A stretch of 51,416 nucleotides of DNA from the IMG/VR virus record IMGVR_UViG_3300017913_000244, positions 1-51,416 of that record. One strand, given 5' to 3'. The stretch comes from a virus. Taxonomy: Duplodnaviria > Caudoviricetes. The position numbers and the translations under genes are program-made. The notes under the pieces were generated by a model that did not search any database, was not told where the DNA came from, and worked only from the letters and a program-made list of their open reading frames with translations. Shown one piece after another: positions 28,541-37,267 of this stretch (position 1 is its first letter; each line of letters opens with the position of its first letter).

Positions 28541-29599
28541 ATGAAGATTGCTATTCTGAATGATACCCACTGTGGGTGTCGTAATTCTTCTGACATTTTT
28601 ATGCAATATCAAGAACGCTTCTACGGTGAAGTGTTCTTCCCTTATCTGTTAGAAAACGATATCACCCAGATCCTGCATCTTGGTGACTACTATGACAATC
28701 GTAAAACAGTTAATCTTAAGGCATTGAGTCACAATCGTCAGATCTTTCTAGACAAACTGCGTGAGTATAATATCCATATGGATATCATTCCGGGCAACCA
28801 CGATGTCTACTATAAGAACACCAATGGTTTGAACTCACTCAAAGAGTTGATGGGTCACTACATGAACGAGGTCGATATTCTCATGGATCCCATCGTTCGT
28901 GAGTATGATGGTGTCAAGTTTGGTCTTGTCCCTTGGATCTGCCCAGAGAATGAAAAAGAAGTTAAGACTTTTCTGAATAACTGTGGTGCCGATGTGATTG
29001 GTGGTCACTTTGAACTCGCAGGGTTCGAGATGGACAAGGGCATCGTCTGTAAAGATGGTATGGACCCAAAACCATTAGAAAAGTTTGAGACCGTTCTCTC
29101 TGGTCACTTCCATACTAAGTCGAGTCAAAAAAATATTCACTATCTTGGTGCACAGATGGAGTTCTTCTGGAATGACGCGCATGATCCAAAATATTTTCAT
29201 GTCTATGATACAGAAACTCGTGAGCTAATCCCTGTTCAAAATACAGTGACGATGTTTCATAAAATATATTATGATGAAGATACTGTCAAGTATTTCGAAG
29301 ACTTATCATATCTTGATGGTAAATTCGTTAAACTTATTGTGAACAATCGTTCAGACATTCAAAAGTTCGAGCGTTATGTTGAACGCATTCAGCAACAGAA
29401 GATCCATGAACTGAAGATCGCTGAAGATTTTCGTGAATTTCGTGGTGAAAATGTCTCAGATGAAGATCTAAGGGTTGACGACACGGAAACTTTAATCTAT
29501 AATTACATCCAAGAAGTAGAAACGGACTTAGACAAAGATCGTATCAAAAGTGTTGTGTCTGAGTTGATGGTAGAAGCACAGGCTGTAGAAATCGCATGA
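28541..29599 (+). CDS. gp47: recombination endonuclease subunit gp47 (Mre11/SbcD-like)
   Basis: DTH, LGD, GNHD, SGHFH metallophosphoesterase motifs. Confidence 0.93.
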   Translation: MKIAILNDTHCGCRNSSDIFMQYQERFYGEVFFPYLLENDITQILHLGDYYDNRKTVNLKALSHNRQIFLDKLREYNIHMDIIPGNHDVYYKNTNGLNSLKELMGHYMNEVDILMDPIVREYDGVKFGLVPWICPENEKEVKTFLNNCGADVIGGHFELAGFEMDKGIVCKDGMDPKPLEKFETVLSGHFHTKSSQKNIHYLGAQMEFFWNDAHDPKYFHVYDTETRELIPVQNTVTMFHKIYYDEDTVKYFEDLSYLDGKFVKLIVNNRSDIQKFERYVERIQQQKIHELKIAEDFREFRGENVSDEDLRVDDTETLIYNYIQEVETDLDKDRIKSVVSELMVEAQAVEIA

Positions 29600-31320
29600 T
29601 CAAATTCCAAACGTTACGTTGGAAGAATTTTCTTTCGACGGGTAACTATTTTAATGAAATTAATTTTCTTGACTGCTCCACTAATCTCATTGTTGGTGAG
29701 AACGGTGCAGGCAAGTCTACAATGCTCGACGCACTGTCCTTTGCATTGTTTGGTAAGGCGCATCGAAAGATCAATAAAAATCAGTTGATCAATACAATCA
29801 ACAATAAAGATTGTGTCACTGAAGTGACTTTCACTGTTAACGGTATTCAGTATCGTGTATTGCGTGGTATCAAGCCCGCAAAGTTTGAAATCTGGAAAGA
29901 TGGTGCCATGATCAACCAGAGTTCACACGCACGTGAATATCAAGAAATTCTTGAGAAAAACGTCCTGCAGATGTCTCACAAGAGTTTCCACCAGATTGTT
30001 GTTCTCGGCTCGTCGTCTTTTATCCCGTTCATGCAACTCAACTCAACTTCTCGGCGTGACGTGATTGAAGACCTTCTTGATATTAACATATTTTCCAAAA
30101 TGAATGTGATACTCAAGGAGAAAACCTCTCTCCTCAAAGGCGAGCTAGAGAACAACAACCATTCCATTGAAGTGGTCAAGACGAAGATCAATGCACAGAA
30201 AAAGTACATTCGTGATCTGACTGCCATCAATACGCAGCAACGTAAAGACAAAGAATCTGAGATTGCGGAGTTACAGGCAGAAATCGCAGATCTTAATGCA
30301 GCTAACAGTACTCTCTCAGAAACCGTCAATAATTTGTTGCCTACCATCACAGATGCATTAAGCAATGTTCGTGCCAACAAACAGAAGTTAGAGCAGTACT
30401 ATGCGCAGTTCAAGACCCAAGTAAAGTCTGTTGTCAAAGAGGCAAAGTTTTTTGCTGAGCATGAACATTGCCCGACATGTGATCAAGACATTGCAGAAGA
30501 GCTGCGTAAAGACAAGAAAGATGCAGCGACCACAAAGGCGAAAGATCTGAAGTCTGCTATGGATCAAGCAGAAGAGAAACAACAACAGTACCAGATTGAA
30601 ATTGATTCTCTAGAAAAACAGATGAGTAGTTGTCTGGCTGATCAGAACACCTTGAATAACAATAACCAGACTATCAGTCGGTTGCAAAGATCAATCGATA
30701 AGATTCAACAAGATCTTGTTGAGATGACAGAAAACGATGGTGATATGGGACAGGCTAATTCTGATCTCACCGAACTAGACACAGAGTTACATGATTTAAC
30801 CGACACTAAGTTTCTACTAAACGAACGCGCATCATACAACCGTGTTGCGTCAGAACTGTTACGAGATACAGGTATCAAGACCAAAATCATTCGTCAATAC
30901 GTTCCTGTGATCAATGAGTTAACGAATAAGTATCTACAAATTCTGGACTTCTTTGTTCACTTTGAACTAGACGACAGTTTCAGTGAGACCATTCGATCAC
31001 GGTATCGCGATACTTTTTCGTATGATTCTTTTTCTGAGGGTGAAAAACAGCGTATCGATCTCTCCTTATTATTTACTTGGCGACAAATTGCCAAGATGAA
31101 AAATTCTGTATCAACTAATCTGTTGATATTGGATGAAACGTTTGATTCATCACTTGATGGTGAGGGCGTAGACAATCTTATGAAAATTATTGACACACTC
31201 AAAGAAGACACTAATGTCTTTGTGATCTCACATAAGACTGAACTTGAAGACGCACATTTCGAACGTAAATTGACATTTGTTAAAGAGAAAAACTTCAGCA
31301 GAATGCGAGAGACCACTTGA
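29596..31320 (+). CDS. gp46: recombination ATPase subunit gp46 (Rad50/SbcC-like)
   Basis: GENGAGKS, CPTC zinc hook, FSEGEK signature, LILDE. Confidence 0.95.
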   Translation: MIKFQTLRWKNFLSTGNYFNEINFLDCSTNLIVGENGAGKSTMLDALSFALFGKAHRKINKNQLINTINNKDCVTEVTFTVNGIQYRVLRGIKPAKFEIWKDGAMINQSSHAREYQEILEKNVLQMSHKSFHQIVVLGSSSFIPFMQLNSTSRRDVIEDLLDINIFSKMNVILKEKTSLLKGELENNNHSIEVVKTKINAQKKYIRDLTAINTQQRKDKESEIAELQAEIADLNAANSTLSETVNNLLPTITDALSNVRANKQKLEQYYAQFKTQVKSVVKEAKFFAEHEHCPTCDQDIAEELRKDKKDAATTKAKDLKSAMDQAEEKQQQYQIEIDSLEKQMSSCLADQNTLNNNNQTISRLQRSIDKIQQDLVEMTENDGDMGQANSDLTELDTELHDLTDTKFLLNERASYNRVASELLRDTGIKTKIIRQYVPVINELTNKYLQILDFFVHFELDDSFSETIRSRYRDTFSYDSFSEGEKQRIDLSLLFTWRQIAKMKNSVSTNLLILDETFDSSLDGEGVDNLMKIIDTLKEDTNVFVISHKTELEDAHFERKLTFVKEKNFSRMRETT

Positions 31321-31345
31321 CAAATAGAACTTATTATTATATAAT
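31317..31345 (+). promoter_or_regulatory. sigma70-type promoter for gp45
   Basis: TTGACA-17-TATAAT; -35 box overlaps the gp46 TGA stop. Confidence 0.8.
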
Positions 31346-31374
31346 GTGCAACATATCAACTGAGGAAATCCATC

Positions 31375-32052
31375 ATGGAACTATCTAGCCGGACTGTCGA
31401 GATCCTGCGAAACTTCTCGACAATTAATCCAAACATTGTCGTCAACGGCGGTAACGTGTTGAAGACCATGTCTATCGCAAAGAACATCGTATCTCGTGCG
31501 GAGATCGAAGAGACTTTTCCAAATACTTTTGGCATTTATGATCTGTCAGAATTTCTCTCTGTCTTATCTCTTGTAGACAATCCATCAATTACATTCTCTG
31601 AAAACTACTGCACCGTTTCTGATGGTAGTGGTCTGTCCTCAGTGAAATATTTTTACTCAGATCCAGAGATGTTGTCTGCGCCTAAGAAAGATATTGTCAT
31701 GCCTGAGTGTGAGGTCAAATTCTTACTCACTAACGAAACCCTAAGTAAGATCAAACGTGCGTCATCTGCGCTCGGCTATGACAACATTTCAATTCGTCCT
31801 TCGGGCAATTCAATTGAGATTGCAGTCGTTGACACAGAAGACTCGACATCTAACTCGTATTCGATTCAAGTTGAAGGGCAATTCCCTGCAGGCGAAGAAT
31901 TTAACTTCGTTATGGGCGTGAACAATATGAAACTTCTTGGTGAAGATTATGAGGTATCTGTCTCTACTAAACTGATCTCTCACTTCCGATCAATTAATTC
32001 TAACACGCAATACTTTATTGCACTTGAAAAGTCATCAACATACGGAGCATAA
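31375..32052 (+). CDS. gp45: sliding clamp gp45
   Basis: ILRNFSTIN, FGIYDLSEFL, YFIALE. Confidence 0.92.
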   Translation: MELSSRTVEILRNFSTINPNIVVNGGNVLKTMSIAKNIVSRAEIEETFPNTFGIYDLSEFLSVLSLVDNPSITFSENYCTVSDGSGLSSVKYFYSDPEMLSAPKKDIVMPECEVKFLLTNETLSKIKRASSALGYDNISIRPSGNSIEIAVVDTEDSTSNSYSIQVEGQFPAGEEFNFVMGVNNMKLLGEDYEVSVSTKLISHFRSINSNTQYFIALEKSSTYGA

Positions 32053-32053
32053 A

Positions 32054-32263
32054 ATGACTGACGAACAAGCAAAACTTAATGATTTGGCAAACCGCGTTGC
32101 GCGTAGTACTGTCGCTGTTGTCGATACAATCACTACACGTGGTGGTTTTAAAGGTGAAGAACTCACTACAATCGCACAGTTACGAGATCAAGCAATTCAA
32201 ACTGTTGCTCTCTATGAGGCAGTTGCAAAGCAATTTGCTGAAGACCAATCTGAGGCAGAGTAA
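32054..32263 (+). CDS. hypothetical protein
   Basis: ATG at 32054 after a GGAG SD (shorter than the track ORF); 69 aa, helical. Confidence 0.65.
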   Translation: MTDEQAKLNDLANRVARSTVAVVDTITTRGGFKGEELTTIAQLRDQAIQTVALYEAVAKQFAEDQSEAE

Positions 32264-32268
32264 AGTTT

Positions 32269-32352
32269 TGGTCCCCTAGACCATAATTATTTCTCTCTTA
32301 TTCTTGATTGACTTTTATATTATGATCTTATTGGTCTAGGGACCATTTTTTT
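32269..32352 (+). other. long-loop inverted repeat followed by T7 (terminator or structured RNA)
   Basis: TGGTCCCCTAGACCATAA ... TTATTGGTCTAGGGACCA + TTTTTTT. Confidence 0.6.
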
Positions 32353-32610
32353 ATGATTAAATGGAATCGCGAAATCGCTCGCGAAACTTTAATACATGTA
32401 AGTCTAGGAACTGTAGTTAATTATCCGCTAAATATATTTTATACGTGGTTGGCGCTCGATGTCTGGGGAGTCACGAATCCATTAGTTCTGTCTACTATTT
32501 TGACAGTAGGTATTTCGTTTGTAGCGTTCACGCGAATATATATAGTACGTAGTCTCACTGAAAAGCGAAAAGCAAAGAGACAAGAGTACATTGATAATCT
32601 CAATCTATAA
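32353..32610 (+). CDS. small membrane protein
   Basis: Two hydrophobic segments and a basic C-terminus. Confidence 0.6.
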   Translation: MIKWNREIARETLIHVSLGTVVNYPLNIFYTWLALDVWGVTNPLVLSTILTVGISFVAFTRIYIVRSLTEKRKAKRQEYIDNLNL

Positions 32611-32611
32611 T

Positions 32612-32687
<76 letters not shown>

Positions 32688-32705
32688 CCACTCTAGGAGT
32701 CCCCA

Positions 32706-33296
32706 GTGAGCTTATTGAACAAACTATCAGATTCTTTCGCAAAATCCCAAACTGCATTCTTTAGATTTTTTGCAGATACTTTCTTTCGTAATCGTTATGG
32801 GCATCGTGCGCTTGTTTTAGAAACAGTTGCTGGTGTTCCTGGTATGGTAGGAGGAATGTTAACGCACTTAAAAAGTTTGCGTAGACTACAACGTGGTAAT
32901 GGTCACAAGATTCACGAACTTCTTGCCGAAGCAGAAAATGAACGTAAACACTTGATGTTCTTTATGGAAGTGGTGCATCCATCTATTCTTGAAAGAATTA
33001 TCATCATTGTTGCACAACTAGTCTTCTGGCATTACTATCTTCTACTTTATCTGATTGCGCCTAAAACCGCACATAGAATGGTTGGGTACTTTGAAGAAGA
33101 AGCGGTTCGAAGTTATACAAACTATCTTGAACTAATTGAGGCAGGAGAGATTGAAGATGTCCCTGCGCCACAAATTGCAATTGAATATTATGATTTGCTT
33201 CCTGAAGCAAAATTATCTGAAATGATTAAATATGTGCGTCGTGATGAGATGCATCATGCTAAAGTAAATCACGCATACGGTGATGGTCGCATATAA
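32706..33296 (+). CDS. aox: alternative oxidase (ubiquinol oxidase, di-iron)
   Basis: LETVAGVPGMVGG, EAENERKHL, YFEEEA, RRDEMHH iron-binding motifs; GTG start with AGGAG SD. Confidence 0.92.
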   Translation: MSLLNKLSDSFAKSQTAFFRFFADTFFRNRYGHRALVLETVAGVPGMVGGMLTHLKSLRRLQRGNGHKIHELLAEAENERKHLMFFMEVVHPSILERIIIIVAQLVFWHYYLLLYLIAPKTAHRMVGYFEEEAVRSYTNYLELIEAGEIEDVPAPQIAIEYYDLLPEAKLSEMIKYVRRDEMHHAKVNHAYGDGRI

Positions 33297-33342
33297 ATAA
33301 TCGTTCGAAATCATTTACAGAGTGCGTACAATGTTGTATAAT
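33292..33342 (+). promoter_or_regulatory. tandem late (TATAAATA) and sigma70-type promoters upstream of gp44
   Basis: TATAAATA at 33292-33299; TTTACA(33314)-17-TATAAT(33337-33342). Confidence 0.65.
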
Positions 33343-33377
33343 ACGCACCATCGATTTCTTTATATTATGGGGTACTA

Positions 33378-34322
33378 ATGAGTAATGAATTTCTTTGGGT
33401 TGAAAAATATCGTCCTGTCTCTGTCTCTCAAACTATTCTTCCGAATGAGTTAAAGACAACTTTTCAAAACATTGTGAATGGTGGTGAGATACCAAACATG
33501 ATGTTTGCCGGTTCTGCCGGTACAGGTAAAACCACTGTCGCTCGCGCAATATGTGAAGAACTTGAACTTGACTATATCGTCATCAATGGTTCTGAAGAGG
33601 GCAATATTGATACTCTTCGAGGTAAAATTAAACAGTTCGCCTCTTCTGTTTCTCTGTCGGGTGGTTATAAAGTTGTAATACTAGACGAGGCTGACTATCT
33701 TAATCCACAGTCAACTCAACCTGCGTTACGTGGATTTATTGAAGAGTTCTCTAATAACTGTCGATTCATTATGACGTGTAACTTTGAGAACCGCATCATC
33801 GAACCTCTCCATAGTCGATGTTCGAAATATCAGTTTAACTTTAACAAAAAAACTATGGCCCAACTGTGCGGACAGTTTATGGGTCGACTTAAAACAATTC
33901 TTGAGTCAGAAAAAGTTGAATTTGATAACGATACAGTTGCACAGATTATTATGCGTCACGCGCCCGATTGGCGACGTGTGTTAAATGAATGTCAACGTGG
34001 TTCTATATCAGGAACTTTAAACCTTGCGCCCAGTTCTGATACTGACATCAGCGATACTTACACTCAGCTGTTCAGTGCGATTCGTGACAAGAACTTCAAG
34101 AAGATGCGAACATGGGTCGTCAATAATATTGACGTAGAACCTGCGTCAGTGTTTCGTGGTCTTTATGACAGAATGTATGATCACGTTGCACCGAACAGTA
34201 TTCCGCAACTCGTATTAATTCTTGCGGACTACCAGTATAAGAATGCATTTGTGGCTGATCACGAACTAAATTTGGTTGCTTGCCTCACTGAGGTCATGGC
34301 AAATGTAGAAATTAAACAATGA
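33378..34322 (+). CDS. gp44: clamp loader large subunit gp44
   Basis: LWVEKYRP, GSAGTGKTT, ILDEAD, PLHSRC. Confidence 0.95.
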   Translation: MSNEFLWVEKYRPVSVSQTILPNELKTTFQNIVNGGEIPNMMFAGSAGTGKTTVARAICEELELDYIVINGSEEGNIDTLRGKIKQFASSVSLSGGYKVVILDEADYLNPQSTQPALRGFIEEFSNNCRFIMTCNFENRIIEPLHSRCSKYQFNFNKKTMAQLCGQFMGRLKTILESEKVEFDNDTVAQIIMRHAPDWRRVLNECQRGSISGTLNLAPSSDTDISDTYTQLFSAIRDKNFKKMRTWVVNNIDVEPASVFRGLYDRMYDHVAPNSIPQLVLILADYQYKNAFVADHELNLVACLTEVMANVEIKQ

Positions 34323-34945
34323 ACACAGAAATGACGCCTGCAGATAATGTTCTGTATTTCGATAATAATATCGATGTGCGTATCTGCCCTAAAAATGGAA
34401 TGTCTTCTCTTAAAGAATTGCATAGACTAAAAAGAGGCGTTAAAGAGTATATAGGTATTGTCGATCGTCTTCACAAAGTTAAGTTGTATGGTGATCAGTT
34501 TGATATTCCATTTCGCAAAGATAGTTTTCGCATCGCAGTAAAGCGTGATCCTATAAAAAGATTCATGTCTGCGTGTGAGTATATTGTATCTAATCGATAT
34601 CGATATGAACTGAACGATAGAAGTGATGATTTGCCTATATTGCCTCTAGAGTTAGATGACGTTCTTACTGGTATAGAATCTGGTATCATTAAAAATAATC
34701 ATTTCTACACTCAGACTTGGTATATGGGTAAACCAAGCATGTACGATGTCGTATTCGATCTTGACGAATTAACTACTCTTATGTTATTATTAAATAATGC
34801 AGCAAAACTTGGATTTGATTCACAAAAAGTGAGTATTCACGATAATCGTACTACTCAGAAAGTTTACAACGATGTTTTAACTGAGTCTCAGAAACAAAGA
34901 ATTAGACAGTTTTATTGTAAAGATTATGAGAATGGGTGGTGTTGA
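34319..34945 (+). CDS. sulfotransferase-family protein (Sulfotransfer_2-like)
   Basis: CPKNGMSS (5'-PSB loop), RDPIKRFMS (3'-PB motif), NHFYTQ. Confidence 0.7.
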   Translation: MNTEMTPADNVLYFDNNIDVRICPKNGMSSLKELHRLKRGVKEYIGIVDRLHKVKLYGDQFDIPFRKDSFRIAVKRDPIKRFMSACEYIVSNRYRYELNDRSDDLPILPLELDDVLTGIESGIIKNNHFYTQTWYMGKPSMYDVVFDLDELTTLMLLLNNAAKLGFDSQKVSIHDNRTTQKVYNDVLTESQKQRIRQFYCKDYENGWC

Positions 34946-35337
34946 TGAGTGCTAAGATTGGGCCCTTTGATTTTTTAAACAGTATTAATACAAATAAGAT
35001 CAATTTAATTGATCAAGACCCGGAGGTAGAGTCTAAATATAATGCATTTTTAGTGAATCGCTCTCTGTCATATTTTCCAGATACGGTGTTTATGTCTAAT
35101 GAAATGAACAGATTGCATTATGTGGATTCAAAAATGCAATATGATTTTCTTATAAATATTGTCAGAACCAAAAAAAGATTCTCTAAATGGGATAAACCTG
35201 AACAACGAGCCGACTTGGATTGTATTAAGGAATATTTTGGCTACAGTGAATCAAAAGCGAAACAGATAATTGGACTCTTAACAGAATCGCAAATAAAAAC
35301 AATTAAAGATAAGGTATCCAGAGGTGGAAGAGAATAA
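34945..35337 (+). CDS. gp62: clamp loader small subunit gp62
   Basis: PFDFLNSIN, VNRSLSYFPD, QYDFLINIVR.KKRFSKW, YFGYS; ATG at 34945 preferred. Confidence 0.9.
   Translation: MSAKIGPFDFLNSINTNKINLIDQDPEVESKYNAFLVNRSLSYFPDTVFMSNEMNRLHYVDSKMQYDFLINIVRTKKRFSKWDKPEQRADLDCIKEYFGYSESKAKQIIGLLTESQIKTIKDKVSRGGRE
35151..35158 (+). promoter_or_regulatory. late promoter inside gp62, upstream of regA
   Basis: TATAAATA about 165 nt before the regA start. Confidence 0.55.
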
Positions 35338-35734
35338 TCTAGTCCAATGGAATTCTGATATGATGTTAGAGATAACATTAGCAGAACCAGATGACTTTTT
35401 AAAAGTCAGAGAAACATTAACACGAATAGGTGTTGCGTCACGTCGCGATAACACCTTATTTCAGTCGTGCCATATCTTGCATAAGCAGGGTAGATATTTT
35501 ATCGTCCATTTTAAAGAGTTATTTCTGTTGGATGGTAAGAAGTCAAATCTAGAAGTTTCAGATATGGAACGTCGTAACACAATCGCAACCCTTCTGCAGG
35601 ATTGGGGGCTTGTTAGCATCGTAAATAAAGATGTCGCACGTGACTGTGCGCCTATGAGACAGATTAAAATTATCTCTTATAAAGAGAAGTCAAAGTGGAA
35701 TCTGCAACCAAAGTATAATATTGGAAACAGTTGA
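35324..35734 (+). CDS. regA: translational repressor RegA
   Basis: PDDFLKVRETLTRIG, QSCHILHKQG.YFIVHFKELF. Confidence 0.95.
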   Translation: MEENNLVQWNSDMMLEITLAEPDDFLKVRETLTRIGVASRRDNTLFQSCHILHKQGRYFIVHFKELFLLDGKKSNLEVSDMERRNTIATLLQDWGLVSIVNKDVARDCAPMRQIKIISYKEKSKWNLQPKYNIGNS

Positions 35735-35736
35735 TA

Positions 35737-36276
35737 ATGTCAGATTATTATGGAATTTTTGATGATCGCGAAGATGAGATCAAAACTAAAACTCCGTTCG
35801 TAGGTCGCTTGCCGTTTAATATGGAAGAGGCCTACGGGTGGAACGAGTTCATGAACATGATGGACTCTCACCCCGATGAGTTGTATGATCGCAACTCTGA
35901 TAAGATGCGCATCGGCCTTAACTCTTTTCATAGTCGCGGTAGTGCACCGGACTTTGCGAAGAAAATATATGAGGAGATGCAAGAGGTCTTCACTCTTCAC
36001 GCCAATAAGATCACTAACATTGCATTCAGTGGTTTTGGGCGTGATAGTGGATCTTATCCTTGGCATAAAGATTCAATGGACGTTTTTCTAGTTCAGGTTA
36101 TTAGTACTGTCGGTCTCAAGGTAGAAGGCATCAATAACAATGAACCGTTCGACTTCAATCCAGGGATGTATGTGTACTTGCCTCGTGGTACTCACCACCA
36201 AGTATTTCCAAAAATCTCCCGTGTATCATTTTCGTTTGGCGTAGAGGGGGATCCAGATCCATCAATGTACTACTAA
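35737..36276 (+). CDS. JmjC/cupin-4-like Fe(II)/2OG hydroxylase
   Basis: YPWHKDSMDVFLVQ (HxD), PGMYVYLPRGTHHQV, RVSFSFG. Confidence 0.7.
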   Translation: MSDYYGIFDDREDEIKTKTPFVGRLPFNMEEAYGWNEFMNMMDSHPDELYDRNSDKMRIGLNSFHSRGSAPDFAKKIYEEMQEVFTLHANKITNIAFSGFGRDSGSYPWHKDSMDVFLVQVISTVGLKVEGINNNEPFDFNPGMYVYLPRGTHHQVFPKISRVSFSFGVEGDPDPSMYY

Positions 36277-36285
36277 GGACGATGT

Positions 36286-36537
36286 ATGTCAAAGAAGAAA
36301 AATAACAATGTTGTTTCGTTTTCTGAAGTAGCCGCAAAGAAACAGGAAAAAGAGAAAGAGTTAGAATTTTATTATAGACACTTGGACATGTGCTTGCAAA
36401 AACAAGCGTTCATAGAAATGGACATCAAGGTCACGAAAGAAATAATCGACATGATCGAAAATGAGACTGTCGTGATAGTCGATGATTCTGTACCATTATT
36501 AAGTATAGATGATGACGACTATGATTTAGATGAGTGA
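36286..36537 (+). CDS. hypothetical protein
   Basis: 83 aa ORF with AAGGA SD. Confidence 0.65.
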   Translation: MSKKKNNNVVSFSEVAAKKQEKEKELEFYYRHLDMCLQKQAFIEMDIKVTKEIIDMIENETVVIVDDSVPLLSIDDDDYDLDE

Positions 36538-36591
36538 ATTATTCACACATTGAATGTTACTTTAATACACATTTCGTGTATATATAGTATC

Positions 36592-36653
36592 GAGTGTGCC
36601 GAATAGTCGGGCACTCTTTTTAAACTTGCTTAATTTTAAGGAGTCACAACATG
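36592..36653 (+). promoter_or_regulatory. ROSE-like RNA thermometer in the hsp20 5' UTR
   Basis: 5' hairpin GAGTGTGCCGA-atag-TCGGGCACTC, then ACTTGCTT(36624-36631) pairing with the SD AAGGAGT(36638-36644) with a bulged G. Confidence 0.65.
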
Positions 36654-37139
36654 ACATTAACAGCAAAACAACTGTTCCCACGTTCAGCATTCGTCGGATT
36701 TGATACCATGATCGACGAATTAGACAGAGTCGCACGACACTCGGGTGATACGTTCCCCCCGCATAATATCCTAAAGACGGGAGAGGATCAATACCTAATC
36801 GAGTTAGCCGTCGCCGGATTCACGGAAGACGAGCTCGAGATCGAAGTAAAGAACCGAACACTTACCATTCGAGGGTCTGTAGACGACACTAATAGAGACT
36901 ATATTCACAAAGGTATTTCGACGAAAAAGTTCGAACGCCAGTTCCGTCTGTCGGAGTATGTTGAAGTAATGGGAGCTGATTTCAGGAACGGATTACTCGC
37001 AATTGCATTGGAAGTAATAATCCCTGATAGTCAGAAGCCTCGTAAAATAGAAATCAATTCGGCGCGTACTATTGAAAGCACGCCACAACTATTAAACGAG
37101 GAGAGCAACAATGGAGAAGGGTCGCCTACCGAGCTCTAA
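36651..37139 (+). CDS. hsp20: small heat shock protein Hsp20 (IbpA-like)
   Basis: FPPHNI, IELAVAGF, YIHKGIS.KKFER.F.L, NGLL, KPRKIEI. Confidence 0.93.
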   Translation: MTLTAKQLFPRSAFVGFDTMIDELDRVARHSGDTFPPHNILKTGEDQYLIELAVAGFTEDELEIEVKNRTLTIRGSVDDTNRDYIHKGISTKKFERQFRLSEYVEVMGADFRNGLLAIALEVIIPDSQKPRKIEINSARTIESTPQLLNEESNNGEGSPTEL

Positions 37140-37227
37140 GATCAGTAAGATCGAAGAGATGGGTTGGGTGTTCGCATCGCTATCAAGTGTGTTTGTGATA
37201 GCATTCTGCGTCCAACAGCTAGTCTAA
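37111..37227 (+). CDS. 38-aa putative single-pass membrane peptide (below ORF-track cutoff)
   Basis: GAGGAG SD, ATG at 37111, MEKGRLPSSKISKIEEMGWVFASLSSVFVIAFCVQQLV*; ends right before a terminator. Confidence 0.5.
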   Translation: MEKGRLPSSKISKIEEMGWVFASLSSVFVIAFCVQQLV

Positions 37228-37234
37228 TAAATAA

Positions 37235-37256
37235 GGGGGAGCAATCCCCCTTTTTT
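37235..37256 (+). terminator. Rho-independent terminator
   Basis: GGGGGA-GCAA-TCCCCC + T6 (GNRA loop). Confidence 0.88.
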
Positions 37257-37267
37257 ATGTGAGAAAT

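Noticed and set aside
32706-33296. PTOX and a cyanophage assignment
   Set aside because: Motifs are AOX-type, no photosynthesis genes appear in the window, and IscU and Hsp20 look proteobacterial
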